Assembly (NCBI GenBank): GCA_947313885.1 | Contig: CAMZNU010000002.1 | Coordinates: 4,321 to 68,320, forward strand | Direction: 5' to 3' | DNA: 64,000 bases | Source: an uncultured Clostridia bacterium | Lineage (GTDB): Bacteria > Bacillota > Clostridia > Lachnospirales > CAMZNU01 | Shown: positions 39,897 through 49,500 of the stretch, one piece after another | How the letters are laid out: every line of letters begins with the position of its first letter | Numbering within the stretch: the stretch's first letter is position 1 | The notes under the pieces: model-generated | What the model saw: only the letters and a program-made list of their open reading frames with translations | The model's database searches: none | Told to the model about the DNA's origin: nothing | Translations under genes and position numbers: made by a program

Positions 39897-41084
39897 ATGG
39901 ATTTAGTAATGTTAAGTAGGATACAGTTTGCATTTACTGTAGGGTTTCATTTTTTATTTGTACCAATTAGTATTGGCGTGATTTTACATATGGCAATATT
40001 TGAATTTTTGCATTTAAAAACAGGGAAAGACGACTACAGAAAATTGACAGATTTTTTTGGAAATATATTTATTGTAAACTATGCAGTAGGTATAGTTACA
40101 GGAATTGGGATGAGTATACAGTTTGGAACTAATTGGGGAGAATATTCGACGTTTATGGGAGATTTATTTGGAGCTCCTTTAGCGATCGAGGCGTTACTAG
40201 CGTTTTTTCTAGAGTCTACATTTACGGGGATATATATTTTTAGAAGAAGTATTATGTCACCTAAATTTAGATTTGTAACAATTTTACTAATGACTTTAGG
40301 AACAAGTTTATCAGCATTATGGATTATAACGGCAAATGGGTTTATGCAAAACCCACTAGGTTACGAATTAAGTAGCGATGGGAGTAGAATAATATTAGTT
40401 GATTTTATGGCTATACTTTTAAACCCGTATGCGTGGTATATATTAGTACATACGTTACTAGCATCATATTTATTAGGTGCTATGTTCATAATGTCAGTGT
40501 CGGCAATGAAATTATTGCAACCTAATGTTTCAAAAGAAGAAAGTGAAATAATAGGCATGGCAACAAAAATTAGTAGTAAGACATTACTGTTGTTTAGTGT
40601 ATTAATATCAAGCCTAGGAGGTAGTTACACTATGTTCATAGGATTAATGCAAGAAACAAAAATGGATATGATTACGGGAATAGATAAATCTACAACAGGT
40701 CAAATAGTAGGTGCAAGCTTTTTAATAATGGTTACTCTTGGAACGATTTTTGTAATTATTGCGTTATACACGATTATCTTTTATAAACATTATGAAAAAT
40801 CTACAACTATGAAAAAAATATATGTTTATATATTTACATTGCCCTTTATAGCTATTCTTACGGGATGGATAGTAACAGAAGTAGGAAGACAGCCATGGGT
40901 AGTGTATGGGCTAATGAAAACTTCAGATGGTGTATCCTTAGTTCCTACAAGTCAAGTATGGTTTTCTCTAATTAGTGTGTTTTTAGTAAATGGAGTTCTG
41001 TTTGTTTTAGTAATGCATTTAAGTAAAACACAAATTAGAAAAAGTATATTTGACAATAAATACAACTATAAAGGAGGAAATTAA
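39897..41084 (+). CDS. cydA: Cytochrome bd-type oxidase subunit I, short divergent form
   Basis: 395 aa. Residues equivalent to E. coli H19, E99, E107 and H186 are present (GFHF, AIEALLAFFLEST, LVHT), as is TEVGRQPW. By hydropathy reading only about 20 residues separate TM6 and TM7. Confidence 0.8.
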   Translation: MDLVMLSRIQFAFTVGFHFLFVPISIGVILHMAIFEFLHLKTGKDDYRKLTDFFGNIFIVNYAVGIVTGIGMSIQFGTNWGEYSTFMGDLFGAPLAIEALLAFFLESTFTGIYIFRRSIMSPKFRFVTILLMTLGTSLSALWIITANGFMQNPLGYELSSDGSRIILVDFMAILLNPYAWYILVHTLLASYLLGAMFIMSVSAMKLLQPNVSKEESEIIGMATKISSKTLLLFSVLISSLGGSYTMFIGLMQETKMDMITGIDKSTTGQIVGASFLIMVTLGTIFVIIALYTIIFYKHYEKSTTMKKIYVYIFTLPFIAILTGWIVTEVGRQPWVVYGLMKTSDGVSLVPTSQVWFSLISVFLVNGVLFVLVMHLSKTQIRKSIFDNKYNYKGGN

Positions 41085-42101
41085 ATGTCACATGAATTAT
41101 TAGCAAATATTTGGTTTCTTATTTTAGCATTAGTATGGTCATTATATGTAATTCAAGAAGCATTCGTAGTAGGTCTTAGTGTTATGTCGGCAAAATATAA
41201 GGAAGAAAAAGATGTTAGAAAAATAAATACGTTAGTAGGAACACATTGGGATGGTATAGAGGTATGGTTAGTTTTAGCAGTAGCAGGTCAATTTGCGGCT
41301 TTTCCAGTTATTTTTGCAGAAACATTAACTAACTTATACGTAGTATTCTTTCTACTGTTATATATTATAGTAGCGAGAGGGATGGCTATTGAAACATTAT
41401 ATAAAACAGACAATAAAAAAGTTCAAAAAGCATTAAAAGTTACATGGCAAGTGTCATCACCACTTTTAATATTAGTTATAGGCGTGTATCTTACAAATTT
41501 ATTTATGGGGCTTCAATTGTTAGAAAATTATATTGAAGGCGGATTTTTTCATTTCCTATATATATTTAATTTTACGGCAATATTAGGCGGTGTAATGTTT
41601 GTAACGTATAGCTTAACATCAGGATATAACTTTTTAGTTTTAAATTATAAAAATGATTTAAAGGAAAATATAGAACATATAGGTAAATATGCATCAGTAA
41701 TAACAGTTGTAACACTTATTTTTATATTAATGTCATTAAATAATGAATATTCAGTTTTTAATAGTGGAGTGTATGAGACGTATCAAATTTTGATATTACT
41801 ACCAGCACTATCGGCAATAATGATGATTGCATCAATGATTTTTGTGTGGTTAAATAAAAATTTATTTTCATTTATTACGCAGTCGTTAGGTATGACTTTA
41901 TTTATTTTTACAGGATTTGTTGGATCAATGCCATATGCGTTAAAAAGTATTAATAAAACTCAAGGAGCAGGAAGTATTTTAATGGTAGATGGTGCAGCCG
42001 GACCTAAAACCCTAGAATTAATGTTATATTTGACAATAGCATTTTTACCTATAGTTTTAGGATATATAATATTTAAGTATATTAAATTTTGGGGGAAATA
42101 A
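41085..42101 (+). CDS. cydB: Cytochrome bd-type oxidase subunit II
   Basis: 338 aa polytopic protein. N-terminal LANIWFLILALVWSLYVIQEAF..G and GTHWDGIEVWL are typical of CydB. Starts right after the cydA stop. Confidence 0.8.
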   Translation: MSHELLANIWFLILALVWSLYVIQEAFVVGLSVMSAKYKEEKDVRKINTLVGTHWDGIEVWLVLAVAGQFAAFPVIFAETLTNLYVVFFLLLYIIVARGMAIETLYKTDNKKVQKALKVTWQVSSPLLILVIGVYLTNLFMGLQLLENYIEGGFFHFLYIFNFTAILGGVMFVTYSLTSGYNFLVLNYKNDLKENIEHIGKYASVITVVTLIFILMSLNNEYSVFNSGVYETYQILILLPALSAIMMIASMIFVWLNKNLFSFITQSLGMTLFIFTGFVGSMPYALKSINKTQGAGSILMVDGAAGPKTLELMLYLTIAFLPIVLGYIIFKYIKFWGK

Positions 42102-42102
42102 T

Positions 42103-43140
42103 ATGACGATAAACCAAAAAAAGCAAAGTTTAGATAAATTAAAGATAGATTTAGTCAGTTATCAAAAACTGGTATATAATACATTGGTTATATTAGTAGC
42201 TATAAAGTTAGCTTTGTATATAGATATAGGTATTTTATATGTGTTAAAACATTTAGCATTAACGGGTATCGCTGTTGTAGTGTCACGCGAAGTGGAAATT
42301 TTATATTATTTTCACTATTATGAAAAATCTAGGGAAGAATCATTAAAAATAATAGAAACAACAAGACCAGAAATAGTAGCTTTGTTAATCGTTTTAATTT
42401 TTAATTACAATGTACCACCAGAAGGTGTAATTATAGCAGTATCACTTAGTATATTATTAAGTAGAATAGCATTTGGTGGTTTTTCGTATAATATATTTAA
42501 TACAGCAGCATTAGGTGTTGTCATTTTAAATGAAAGCTATAGAATGTCTATAGAAACGTTTGCACTAGACGATATAATCGATAAAGTGTTAGGTATTTTT
42601 TTTGTTGAATCCTTTGCACATAAACCGATACCTGTAGCTAATTTGGCAATAAGCATACCGGACGTATCATCTGTAGATTTAACTTCAGTTGCTATATTAG
42701 TAATAGCGATAATATTTTTTATGTCTTTAGTTATCAACAAGGTAGGGCGAATATTGCTACCAATAGCAACAGTATTTTTTATTTCCGTATTAGTGGCATT
42801 AGTAGGTGGGCGATATATTCCGATTTTAATAGAAGTAATTGGTCGCTACACAATAATAGGAATTTTATTTTTCACCTTAGACTTTCCTACAACTCCAAGG
42901 TTTAAAAATTCTACTATTGTAACAGCGTTAATAATTGCAATAGTTACTGTTTATATTAAATTTTTTACAGACAATGGATACGGAGTATTTTATGGTATTT
43001 TAATAGCAAATATGTGTACACCAATTCTTGATGCTAAATTTGCCAAGTATAAGGATAACGCATCGTCAATATCAATAGTAGTAGTAATTTCGTTTATAAT
43101 AAGTGTGTTAATTAGCTATCTTATTAAAGTAAATGTGTAG
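42103..43140 (+). CDS. Divergent RnfD/NqrB-family membrane protein
   Basis: 345 aa. RIAFGGFSYNIFNTAALGVVILNESYRMSIETF aligns to the RnfD core (k)lFGGlGqNfvNPALaaRaFLl.SwP..mt.W. No [ST]GAT FMN-attachment motif found. ATG lies 1 nt after the cydB stop. Confidence 0.6.
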   Translation: MTINQKKQSLDKLKIDLVSYQKLVYNTLVILVAIKLALYIDIGILYVLKHLALTGIAVVVSREVEILYYFHYYEKSREESLKIIETTRPEIVALLIVLIFNYNVPPEGVIIAVSLSILLSRIAFGGFSYNIFNTAALGVVILNESYRMSIETFALDDIIDKVLGIFFVESFAHKPIPVANLAISIPDVSSVDLTSVAILVIAIIFFMSLVINKVGRILLPIATVFFISVLVALVGGRYIPILIEVIGRYTIIGILFFTLDFPTTPRFKNSTIVTALIIAIVTVYIKFFTDNGYGVFYGILIANMCTPILDAKFAKYKDNASSISIVVVISFIISVLISYLIKVNV

Positions 43141-43154
43141 TATGGAGGGTAAAT

Positions 43155-43706
43155 ATGAAAAATAAAATATTGCAATATTCAATAGTCCTTTTTGTTATTA
43201 CATTTATATCAGCTACGTCTATAACATTCATGAAAAATATAACAGAACCAATACTTACGTTACGTGCAAAGGAAAAGTTAGATTATGCTATAAATAATAA
43301 TTTGAAGATTTTATATCCATCAATGAGTGATGACTATGAAGTTTTAGATGATACGATAAGAAATAAGTCACTTATTACTAATATATTCAAAATTACATTT
43401 AAAAATAATGACAATACATACTATACATACAATGTTAGTAGTCCAGGGAAAAATGGAAATATAAATTTTTTAGTTGTTTATAATGAAATGAATAAAATAG
43501 ATAACATCATTTATATTTCACACAAGGAAACAAGAGGCAGAGGAGACAAAATAGAAAGTGAAGATTTTTTAAGCAAAATCGTAGGTCAACATATAGGGGG
43601 TTTTAATGCACCGAATATTACAGGAGCTACATACAGTTCATTAGGGGTTAAAAATGGAATAGAGGAAGCTAACAAACATTTACAGGAGGTGATATTAGGT
43701 GAATAA
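43155..43706 (+). CDS. rnfG: RnfG-like FMN-binding subunit
   Basis: N-terminal TM anchor. FMN_bind pattern (SPGKNGNINFLVVY..I..I....HKETRGRGDKI). Flavinylation motif ITGATYSS. Confidence 0.8.
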   Translation: MKNKILQYSIVLFVITFISATSITFMKNITEPILTLRAKEKLDYAINNNLKILYPSMSDDYEVLDDTIRNKSLITNIFKITFKNNDNTYYTYNVSSPGKNGNINFLVVYNEMNKIDNIIYISHKETRGRGDKIESEDFLSKIVGQHIGGFNAPNITGATYSSLGVKNGIEEANKHLQEVILGE

Positions 43707-44322
43707 GTTATATACAAATTTAAAAGATTCTCTCATAAAAGATAACCCAATATTTGTCTCGTATTTAGCGTTATGCCCAACATTAGGAACGACATCTACA
43801 TTTAACAATGCGATAGGAATGGGCTTAAGTGTTTTATTTGTTCTTATTTTTTCAAATCTTTTAATATCATCAGTGAGGAATTTTGTACCCAGTGAAATAA
43901 GAATTCCTGTTTTTATTACAATAATAGCTTCACTAGTTACATTATTAGAAATGATCTTAGAGGCTGTAACGCCAACATTATACGAAACGTTAGGTATGTT
44001 TTTACCTCTTATAGTAGTAAATTGTATTATACTAGGTCGTGCCGAATCGTTTGCATCAAAAAATAATGTTAAAAAATCAATAATAGATGGACTTATTACA
44101 GGATTAGCATTTGCTATAACAATAAGTATTATAGGAGCATTTAGAGAATTTTTTGGAACAGGTTCAATAAGTATATTTTCATTAAGATTACAAATGTTCA
44201 CGCAAGAAATCATGCCATCATTTTTAACTAAAAACACAGGTGCATTTATATCGTTAGGGTTAATGGGCTGGGTATTTAATGAGATTAAAATAAACAATAT
44301 GAAGAAAGGAAAGGTGAATTAA
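43699..44322 (+). CDS. rnfE: RnfE subunit
   Basis: Strong match to E. coli RnfE: LALCPTLGTTST..NA.GMGLSV, EIRIPVFITIIAS, LGMFLPLIVVNCIILGRAE.FA. GTG start, aggagg 9 nt upstream. Confidence 0.9.
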   Translation: MNKLYTNLKDSLIKDNPIFVSYLALCPTLGTTSTFNNAIGMGLSVLFVLIFSNLLISSVRNFVPSEIRIPVFITIIASLVTLLEMILEAVTPTLYETLGMFLPLIVVNCIILGRAESFASKNNVKKSIIDGLITGLAFAITISIIGAFREFFGTGSISIFSLRLQMFTQEIMPSFLTKNTGAFISLGLMGWVFNEIKINNMKKGKVN

Positions 44323-44895
44323 ATGACTATGAATGAAATAATTATTTTCGCAGTTTCAGCTTTCTTAGTTCAAAATATAGTGTTAACTCAATTTTTAGGA
44401 CTATGTTCATTTTTTGGAGTTTCAAATAAAAGAACATCAGCGGTAGGCATGGGACTAAGTGTTTTAGCTGTAATTACATTATCATCAATAGTAACATATA
44501 CTATTTATTATAAAATTTTAGTGCCGTACGACTTATTACATTTAAGAACGATAGTATTCATTTTAGTAGTTAGTGGATTTGTGCAAATTGTAGAAATGAT
44601 AATTAAAAAAATATCAAAACCGTTATATGATATTTTAGGTATTTATTTACCATTAATAACTACAAATTGTGCTGTGCTAGGAGTTGCATTGATAAATATA
44701 GATAGGCAATTTACATTTACGCAAATGATAATATTTTCAATATCAACAGCATTAGGTTACACAGTTGTAGTATACATGTTTTCATTTTTAAGAGATGAAA
44801 TAAATAAATCACCAGTACCTAGAGCATTAAGAAATAATCCAATAGCTTTACTAACAGCAGGAATTATGGCGTTAGCCATGAGTGGCTTAGTATAG
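44323..44895 (+). CDS. rnfA: RnfA subunit
   Basis: Strong match to E. coli RnfA: FLGLCSFFGVS.K...A.GMGLSV, LRT..FILV, LGIYLPLITTNCAVLGVALIN. Confidence 0.9.
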   Translation: MTMNEIIIFAVSAFLVQNIVLTQFLGLCSFFGVSNKRTSAVGMGLSVLAVITLSSIVTYTIYYKILVPYDLLHLRTIVFILVVSGFVQIVEMIIKKISKPLYDILGIYLPLITTNCAVLGVALINIDRQFTFTQMIIFSISTALGYTVVVYMFSFLRDEINKSPVPRALRNNPIALLTAGIMALAMSGLV

Positions 44896-44904
44896 GAGGA
44901 ATAT

Positions 44905-45066
44905 ATGAGTTTTATTGTAGGCGTTCTTTTAATAGCAACATTGGCAACTTTTTTTATAGTAACGTATTATCTAAATAAAAAAATGGATACTAATAGCAAT
45001 TATAGATTAAATGAATGTAAGACTTGCACATATAAAAATGGTAGTTGTAAAAATAGAGGAGTTTAA
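44905..45066 (+). CDS. Unannotated 53-aa micro-ORF: one TM helix plus a C-terminal CxxC-x6-C tail
   Basis: MSFIVGVLLIATLATFFIVTYYLNKKMDTNSNYRLNECKTCTYKNGSCKNRGV. RBS aggagga 5 nt upstream. Fills the rnfA-rnfB gap exactly and ends 1 nt before the rnfB' ATG. Absent from the ORF track because it is shorter than 60 aa. Confidence 0.5.
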   Translation: MSFIVGVLLIATLATFFIVTYYLNKKMDTNSNYRLNECKTCTYKNGSCKNRGV

Positions 45067-45067
45067 T

Positions 45068-45352
45068 ATGATAGTTGAAATATTAACAGCGGGAATAGTA
45101 GTTGGTATTATGGGATTACTAATAGGTGTTGTAATAGCTGTAAGTAGCAAAATTTTCAAGGTGGAAGTTGATGATAGGATAGATATTATTTATAAAATGT
45201 TACCATCATTTAATTGTGGATCTTGTGGAACGGCTGGATGCATGGCATTTGCAGAAACTTTAATCAAAGGAGAAAACACTATTGATAAATGTAGACCGTG
45301 TAAACCAGAAGCAGAAGAAAAAATAATAAAAAAATTGAACGAGCTGATATAA
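45068..45352 (+). CDS. RnfB N-terminal module only (TM anchor plus one Fe-S Cys motif), lacking ferredoxin-like domains
   Basis: 94 aa from MIVEILTAGIVVG (agaggag RBS). LPSFNCGSCGTAGCMAFAE.L..GE....KC matches the RnfB N-terminal Fe-S domain. The protein ends about 25 aa later. Confidence 0.7.
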   Translation: MIVEILTAGIVVGIMGLLIGVVIAVSSKIFKVEVDDRIDIIYKMLPSFNCGSCGTAGCMAFAETLIKGENTIDKCRPCKPEAEEKIIKKLNELI

Positions 45353-45353
45353 A

Positions 45354-45401
45354 TTGTTAACTAAAAAAACACACTGCAAAGTGTGTTTTTTTAGTTAACA
45401 A
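45354..45401 (+). terminator. Strong terminator closing the cyd/rnf-like operon
   Basis: ttgttaactaaaaaaacacact / agtgtgtttttttagttaacaa, a ~22-bp perfect stem with loop gcaa. Confidence 0.9.
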
Positions 45402-45434
45402 TATTATATAATATTATATGAAAAGAGGTGTATT

Positions 45435-46487
45435 ATGATTAAACGAATATATAAAAAAGAAATACAAATAGGAGATGTAAAAATAGGCGGGGACAATAAA
45501 ATATTAATTCAGTCTATGACAAATACGGATACAAAAAATGTTAGTGATACAGTAAAACAAATAAAAAAATTAGAAAATGAAGGATGTGAAATTATAAGAG
45601 TAGCTGTAAAAGATGAGGGTGATGCGAAAGCTATAAAAAAGATAAAAGAAAATATTAAAATACCAATAGTTGCCGATATACATTTCAATTACAAATTAGC
45701 AATATTAGCTATGGAGAATGGCATAGATAAAATAAGAATTAACCCAGGAAATATATCAAACATAGAAAATTTAAAAAAAATTGTGGATGTAGCTATAAAA
45801 TTAGATATACCAATAAGAGTAGGAGTAAATTCAGGTTCTTTAGAACAAGAATTTATAGATAAATATAATGGGGTAACACCTATGGGATTGGTGGATAGTG
45901 GGTTGAAAAATATAGCAATTTTAGAGAATATGGGGTTGAAAAATATAGTGTTATCATTAAAAGCTTCGAATGTTAGGTTTGCAATTGAAGCATATACATT
46001 AATAAATGAAAGGATACAATACCCGCTACATCTAGGGATTACCGAAGCTGGTACAAAATTTACGGGTTCAATAAAGTCAGCGGTAGGAATAGGTCACTTA
46101 CTTTATAATGGAATAGGTGATACATTTAGAGTTTCAATAACGGATGACCCAGTAGAAGAAATAGAAATAGCAAAAGAAATACTACAATCATTAGATATTA
46201 GAAAATTCAGAACAGAAGTTATTTCATGTCCTACTTGTGGAAGGACAGAAATAGATCTAATTGCTTTGACAAATAAAGTTGAAAAATATTGTAAAAGGAT
46301 AAATAAAAACATTACAGTGGCAGTTATGGGGTGCGTGGTGAATGGACCAGGAGAAGCTAAGGAAGCAGACGTAGGGCTAGCGGGTGGAAAAGGCGTAGGT
46401 TTAATATTTAAAAAAGGTGAAATACATAAAAAAGTTGAAGAAAATGAAATGTTCGACGAACTAATAAAAGTTATAAATTCAATGTAG
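45435..46487 (+). CDS. ispG: HMBPP synthase (GcpE)
   Basis: 350 aa with IQSMTNT, RINPGN, and Fe-S Cys ligands CPTCGR and GCVVNGPGE. Confidence 0.93.
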   Translation: MIKRIYKKEIQIGDVKIGGDNKILIQSMTNTDTKNVSDTVKQIKKLENEGCEIIRVAVKDEGDAKAIKKIKENIKIPIVADIHFNYKLAILAMENGIDKIRINPGNISNIENLKKIVDVAIKLDIPIRVGVNSGSLEQEFIDKYNGVTPMGLVDSGLKNIAILENMGLKNIVLSLKASNVRFAIEAYTLINERIQYPLHLGITEAGTKFTGSIKSAVGIGHLLYNGIGDTFRVSITDDPVEEIEIAKEILQSLDIRKFRTEVISCPTCGRTEIDLIALTNKVEKYCKRINKNITVAVMGCVVNGPGEAKEADVGLAGGKGVGLIFKKGEIHKKVEENEMFDELIKVINSM

Positions 46488-46502
46488 ACAGAAGGTGCGT
46501 AT

Positions 46503-49500
46503 ATGAGAAATAAAACTTTATTCGAGGTGTTTCCTAATGTTCAATTTAGTGAAAAATATAAAGAAATAAAAGTTTCTAAAGTTAATTTTGATGAAAAAAA
46601 TAAAGCGATAACAATTAAATGTAATAGTTCTATTAAAATGGAAGAAAAGGATAGACAACATTTAGAAAAAAAAATATTAGAAAAATTAGATTATTTAAAA
46701 GAAGTTAATGTAGAATCTACTTTTATAAGTAACGATAGCCCAGAAGAAGTAATAGACAAGTATTTTAGAAATGTGATAGATATGTTTAAAGATGCATCTA
46801 CTTTTACATATACGATACTTAAAAAAAGTAAATATTACATAAGAGGAAATAGCTTACTAATAGAAGTAAATGAAGACTTGTACTTTTATGTTATAGGAAA
46901 AGAAATAGACAAAAGTATAAATAGTATTTTAAAAAGAGAGTATAATTTAGATATAAATGTAAGTTTTGAAATAGTAAAAGAAGGAATGACTACAGAGAAT
47001 TATAAGAAAAACAAAGATGAAGAATTAAAAAGTATGATATCAAGTTTAGCTTTAAACGATAGAGATAAGCCTAAAAAAGAGGAGAATAATAAAGAAAGAA
47101 AGAAAAGCAAAAAAAATAGAAAGTATAAAACAAGAAGAAAAAATGGTGTAAATTATGTTGAAAAAATATCTGGTGAAATATGTGCGATATTAGATGGAAT
47201 AGTACAAGACGATGAAACTATTATAAAGGGAGAAATTTTCGAGCTAGAAGTTAAAGAGATAAAAAATGATAAACTTCTAATTTCTTTTGATATGTTTGAT
47301 GAAAGTAGTGCGGTTACAGTTAAATTTTTCATTACAAAAGAAATATATGAAGAAGAATTCAAAGAAAAACTGTATAATGGCGATGAAGTGATAGTTAAAG
47401 GGTATGTAAGATATGATAATTATGATAAAGAATTAAATATTATGGCAAATGAAATATGCCATGGGGAAAACAAAATAAAAGAAGAAAAAGACGAGGAAGA
47501 AATTAAGCGTGTAGAGTTACATTTACATACTAACATGAGTTCTATGGATGGTATAAATAGTATAAAAGATTATATAAAAAAAGCAAAAAAATATGGTCAT
47601 AAATCATTAGCAATAACAGATCATGGGGTAGTACAAGCATTTCCAGAAGCAATGAATGAAGTTCGTGATATAGATTTTAAGTTAATATATGGAGTGGAGG
47701 CTTATTTAATAAATGATATAGAACTTGTAGTAGGAAATGTAAGGAATCAAAATATAGAAGATGAGTTTGTAGTATTTGATGTAGAAACTACAGGGTTATA
47801 TAGTAATACAAATAAAATTATAGAGATAGGTGCAGTAAAAATTAAAAACATGGAAATTATAGAAACATTTTCAGTGTTAATAAACCCGAATGAAATGTTA
47901 AGTGATAAAATTATAAAGTTAACAGGAATTACAGATAACATGTTAGAAGATAAAGGTGATGTAGAAAGTGAGATAGATAAATTTATTGATTTTATAGGTA
48001 AAAGTATTTTAGTTGGGCATAACGTTAAATTTGACATTGGTTTTTTAAATAAAGCGGTAAAGGATGTAAAAGGAGAAGAGTTAGAAAATACGTTTATAGA
48101 TACGGTAACTTTATGTCAAGGTATTTTTAATGGCAATGATAAGTTTAAAAACTTCAAACTAGATACGATAGCTAGAAACTTAGGGATCAGTCTAGAAACT
48201 CACCATAGAGCATTAGAAGATGCGAAAGCTACGGGTAAAATTTTAATACACTGTTTAAAAGTATTAGAAAAAGATGGAATAACAAAGATAGAACATATAA
48301 ATGAATATATTGCAAAAAAAATAGATTATAAAAAAATCAGACCAAATCACTGTATTATATTGGTAAAAAACTTAAAAGGGCTTAAAAACTTGTATAAATT
48401 AATATCAGAATCCCACATAAATAATTATTATAGAAACCCGCGAATTCCTAAAAGTTTATTAGTGGAAAATAAGGAAGGATTAATAATAGGAAGTGCATGT
48501 GAGGCAGGTGAATTATATAAAAACATAATAGGCAACATGCCAAAATCATATATAAAAAAAATAAGTCAATTGTATAATTATTTTGAGATACAGCCATTAG
48601 AAAATAACAAATATTTAATTAAAAATGGTGCGGTAACAGATACAAGACTTATTGAAATCAACAGGGAGATAGTTAAGCTAGGAGATGTAGAAAATAAAAT
48701 AGTAGTGGGAACGGGAGACGTTCATTTTTTAAATAAGGTCGATAAAGTGTATAGAGAAATATTAATGAGTAGTAAGGGATTTAAAGATGCGGAAGATCAA
48801 CCACCTTTATACTATAAAAGTACAAAGGAGATGTTAAATAATTTTTCATATTTAGGTAAAAAGAAAGCATACGAGATTGTAGTTACAAATACGAATAAAA
48901 TAAGTGATTTAGTAGATAAGATAAACCCAATACCAGATGGAACGTTCCCGCCTAAAATTGAAGGAGCAGATAAAGAATTAGAAAAAATAGCATATGAAAA
49001 AGCAAGGAGTTTATATGGTGACGATCTACCGAAAGTGGTAGAACAAAGATTGAATAGAGAGTTAACATCTATAATAAGTAATGGGTTTGCTGTTATGTAT
49101 ATAATAGCGCAGAAGCTAGTAAAAGATTCAGAAAAAGCGGGTTACTTAGTAGGATCTAGAGGATCTGTAGGTTCATCATTTGCGGCAACGATGGGTGGGA
49201 TAACAGAAGTGAACCCATTACCACCACATTATTATTGTAAGAAATGTCAGTATAATGATTTTGATTCAGAACTTGTATTAAGTTTTGCAGGTGGAACAGG
49301 ATATGACATGCCAGATAAAAATTGTCCTAACTGTGCCACTAAGTTAACTAAAGAGGGTCACGACATACCTTTCGAAACATTTTTAGGTTTTGATGGAGAT
49401 AAGGAACCAGATATAGATTTAAATTTTTCAGGAGACTATCAAGGCAAAGCCCATGAGTATACAGAAAAATTGTTCGGGGAGGGATATGTATATAAAGCTG

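Noticed and set aside
28760-45434. Whether the 16.7-kb block is a recent mobile element or genomic island.
   Set aside because: There is no integrase, transposase, tRNA, flanking direct repeat or obvious compositional break. The block contains housekeeping genes (rnr, tkt, addB). It is reported only as a synteny break.
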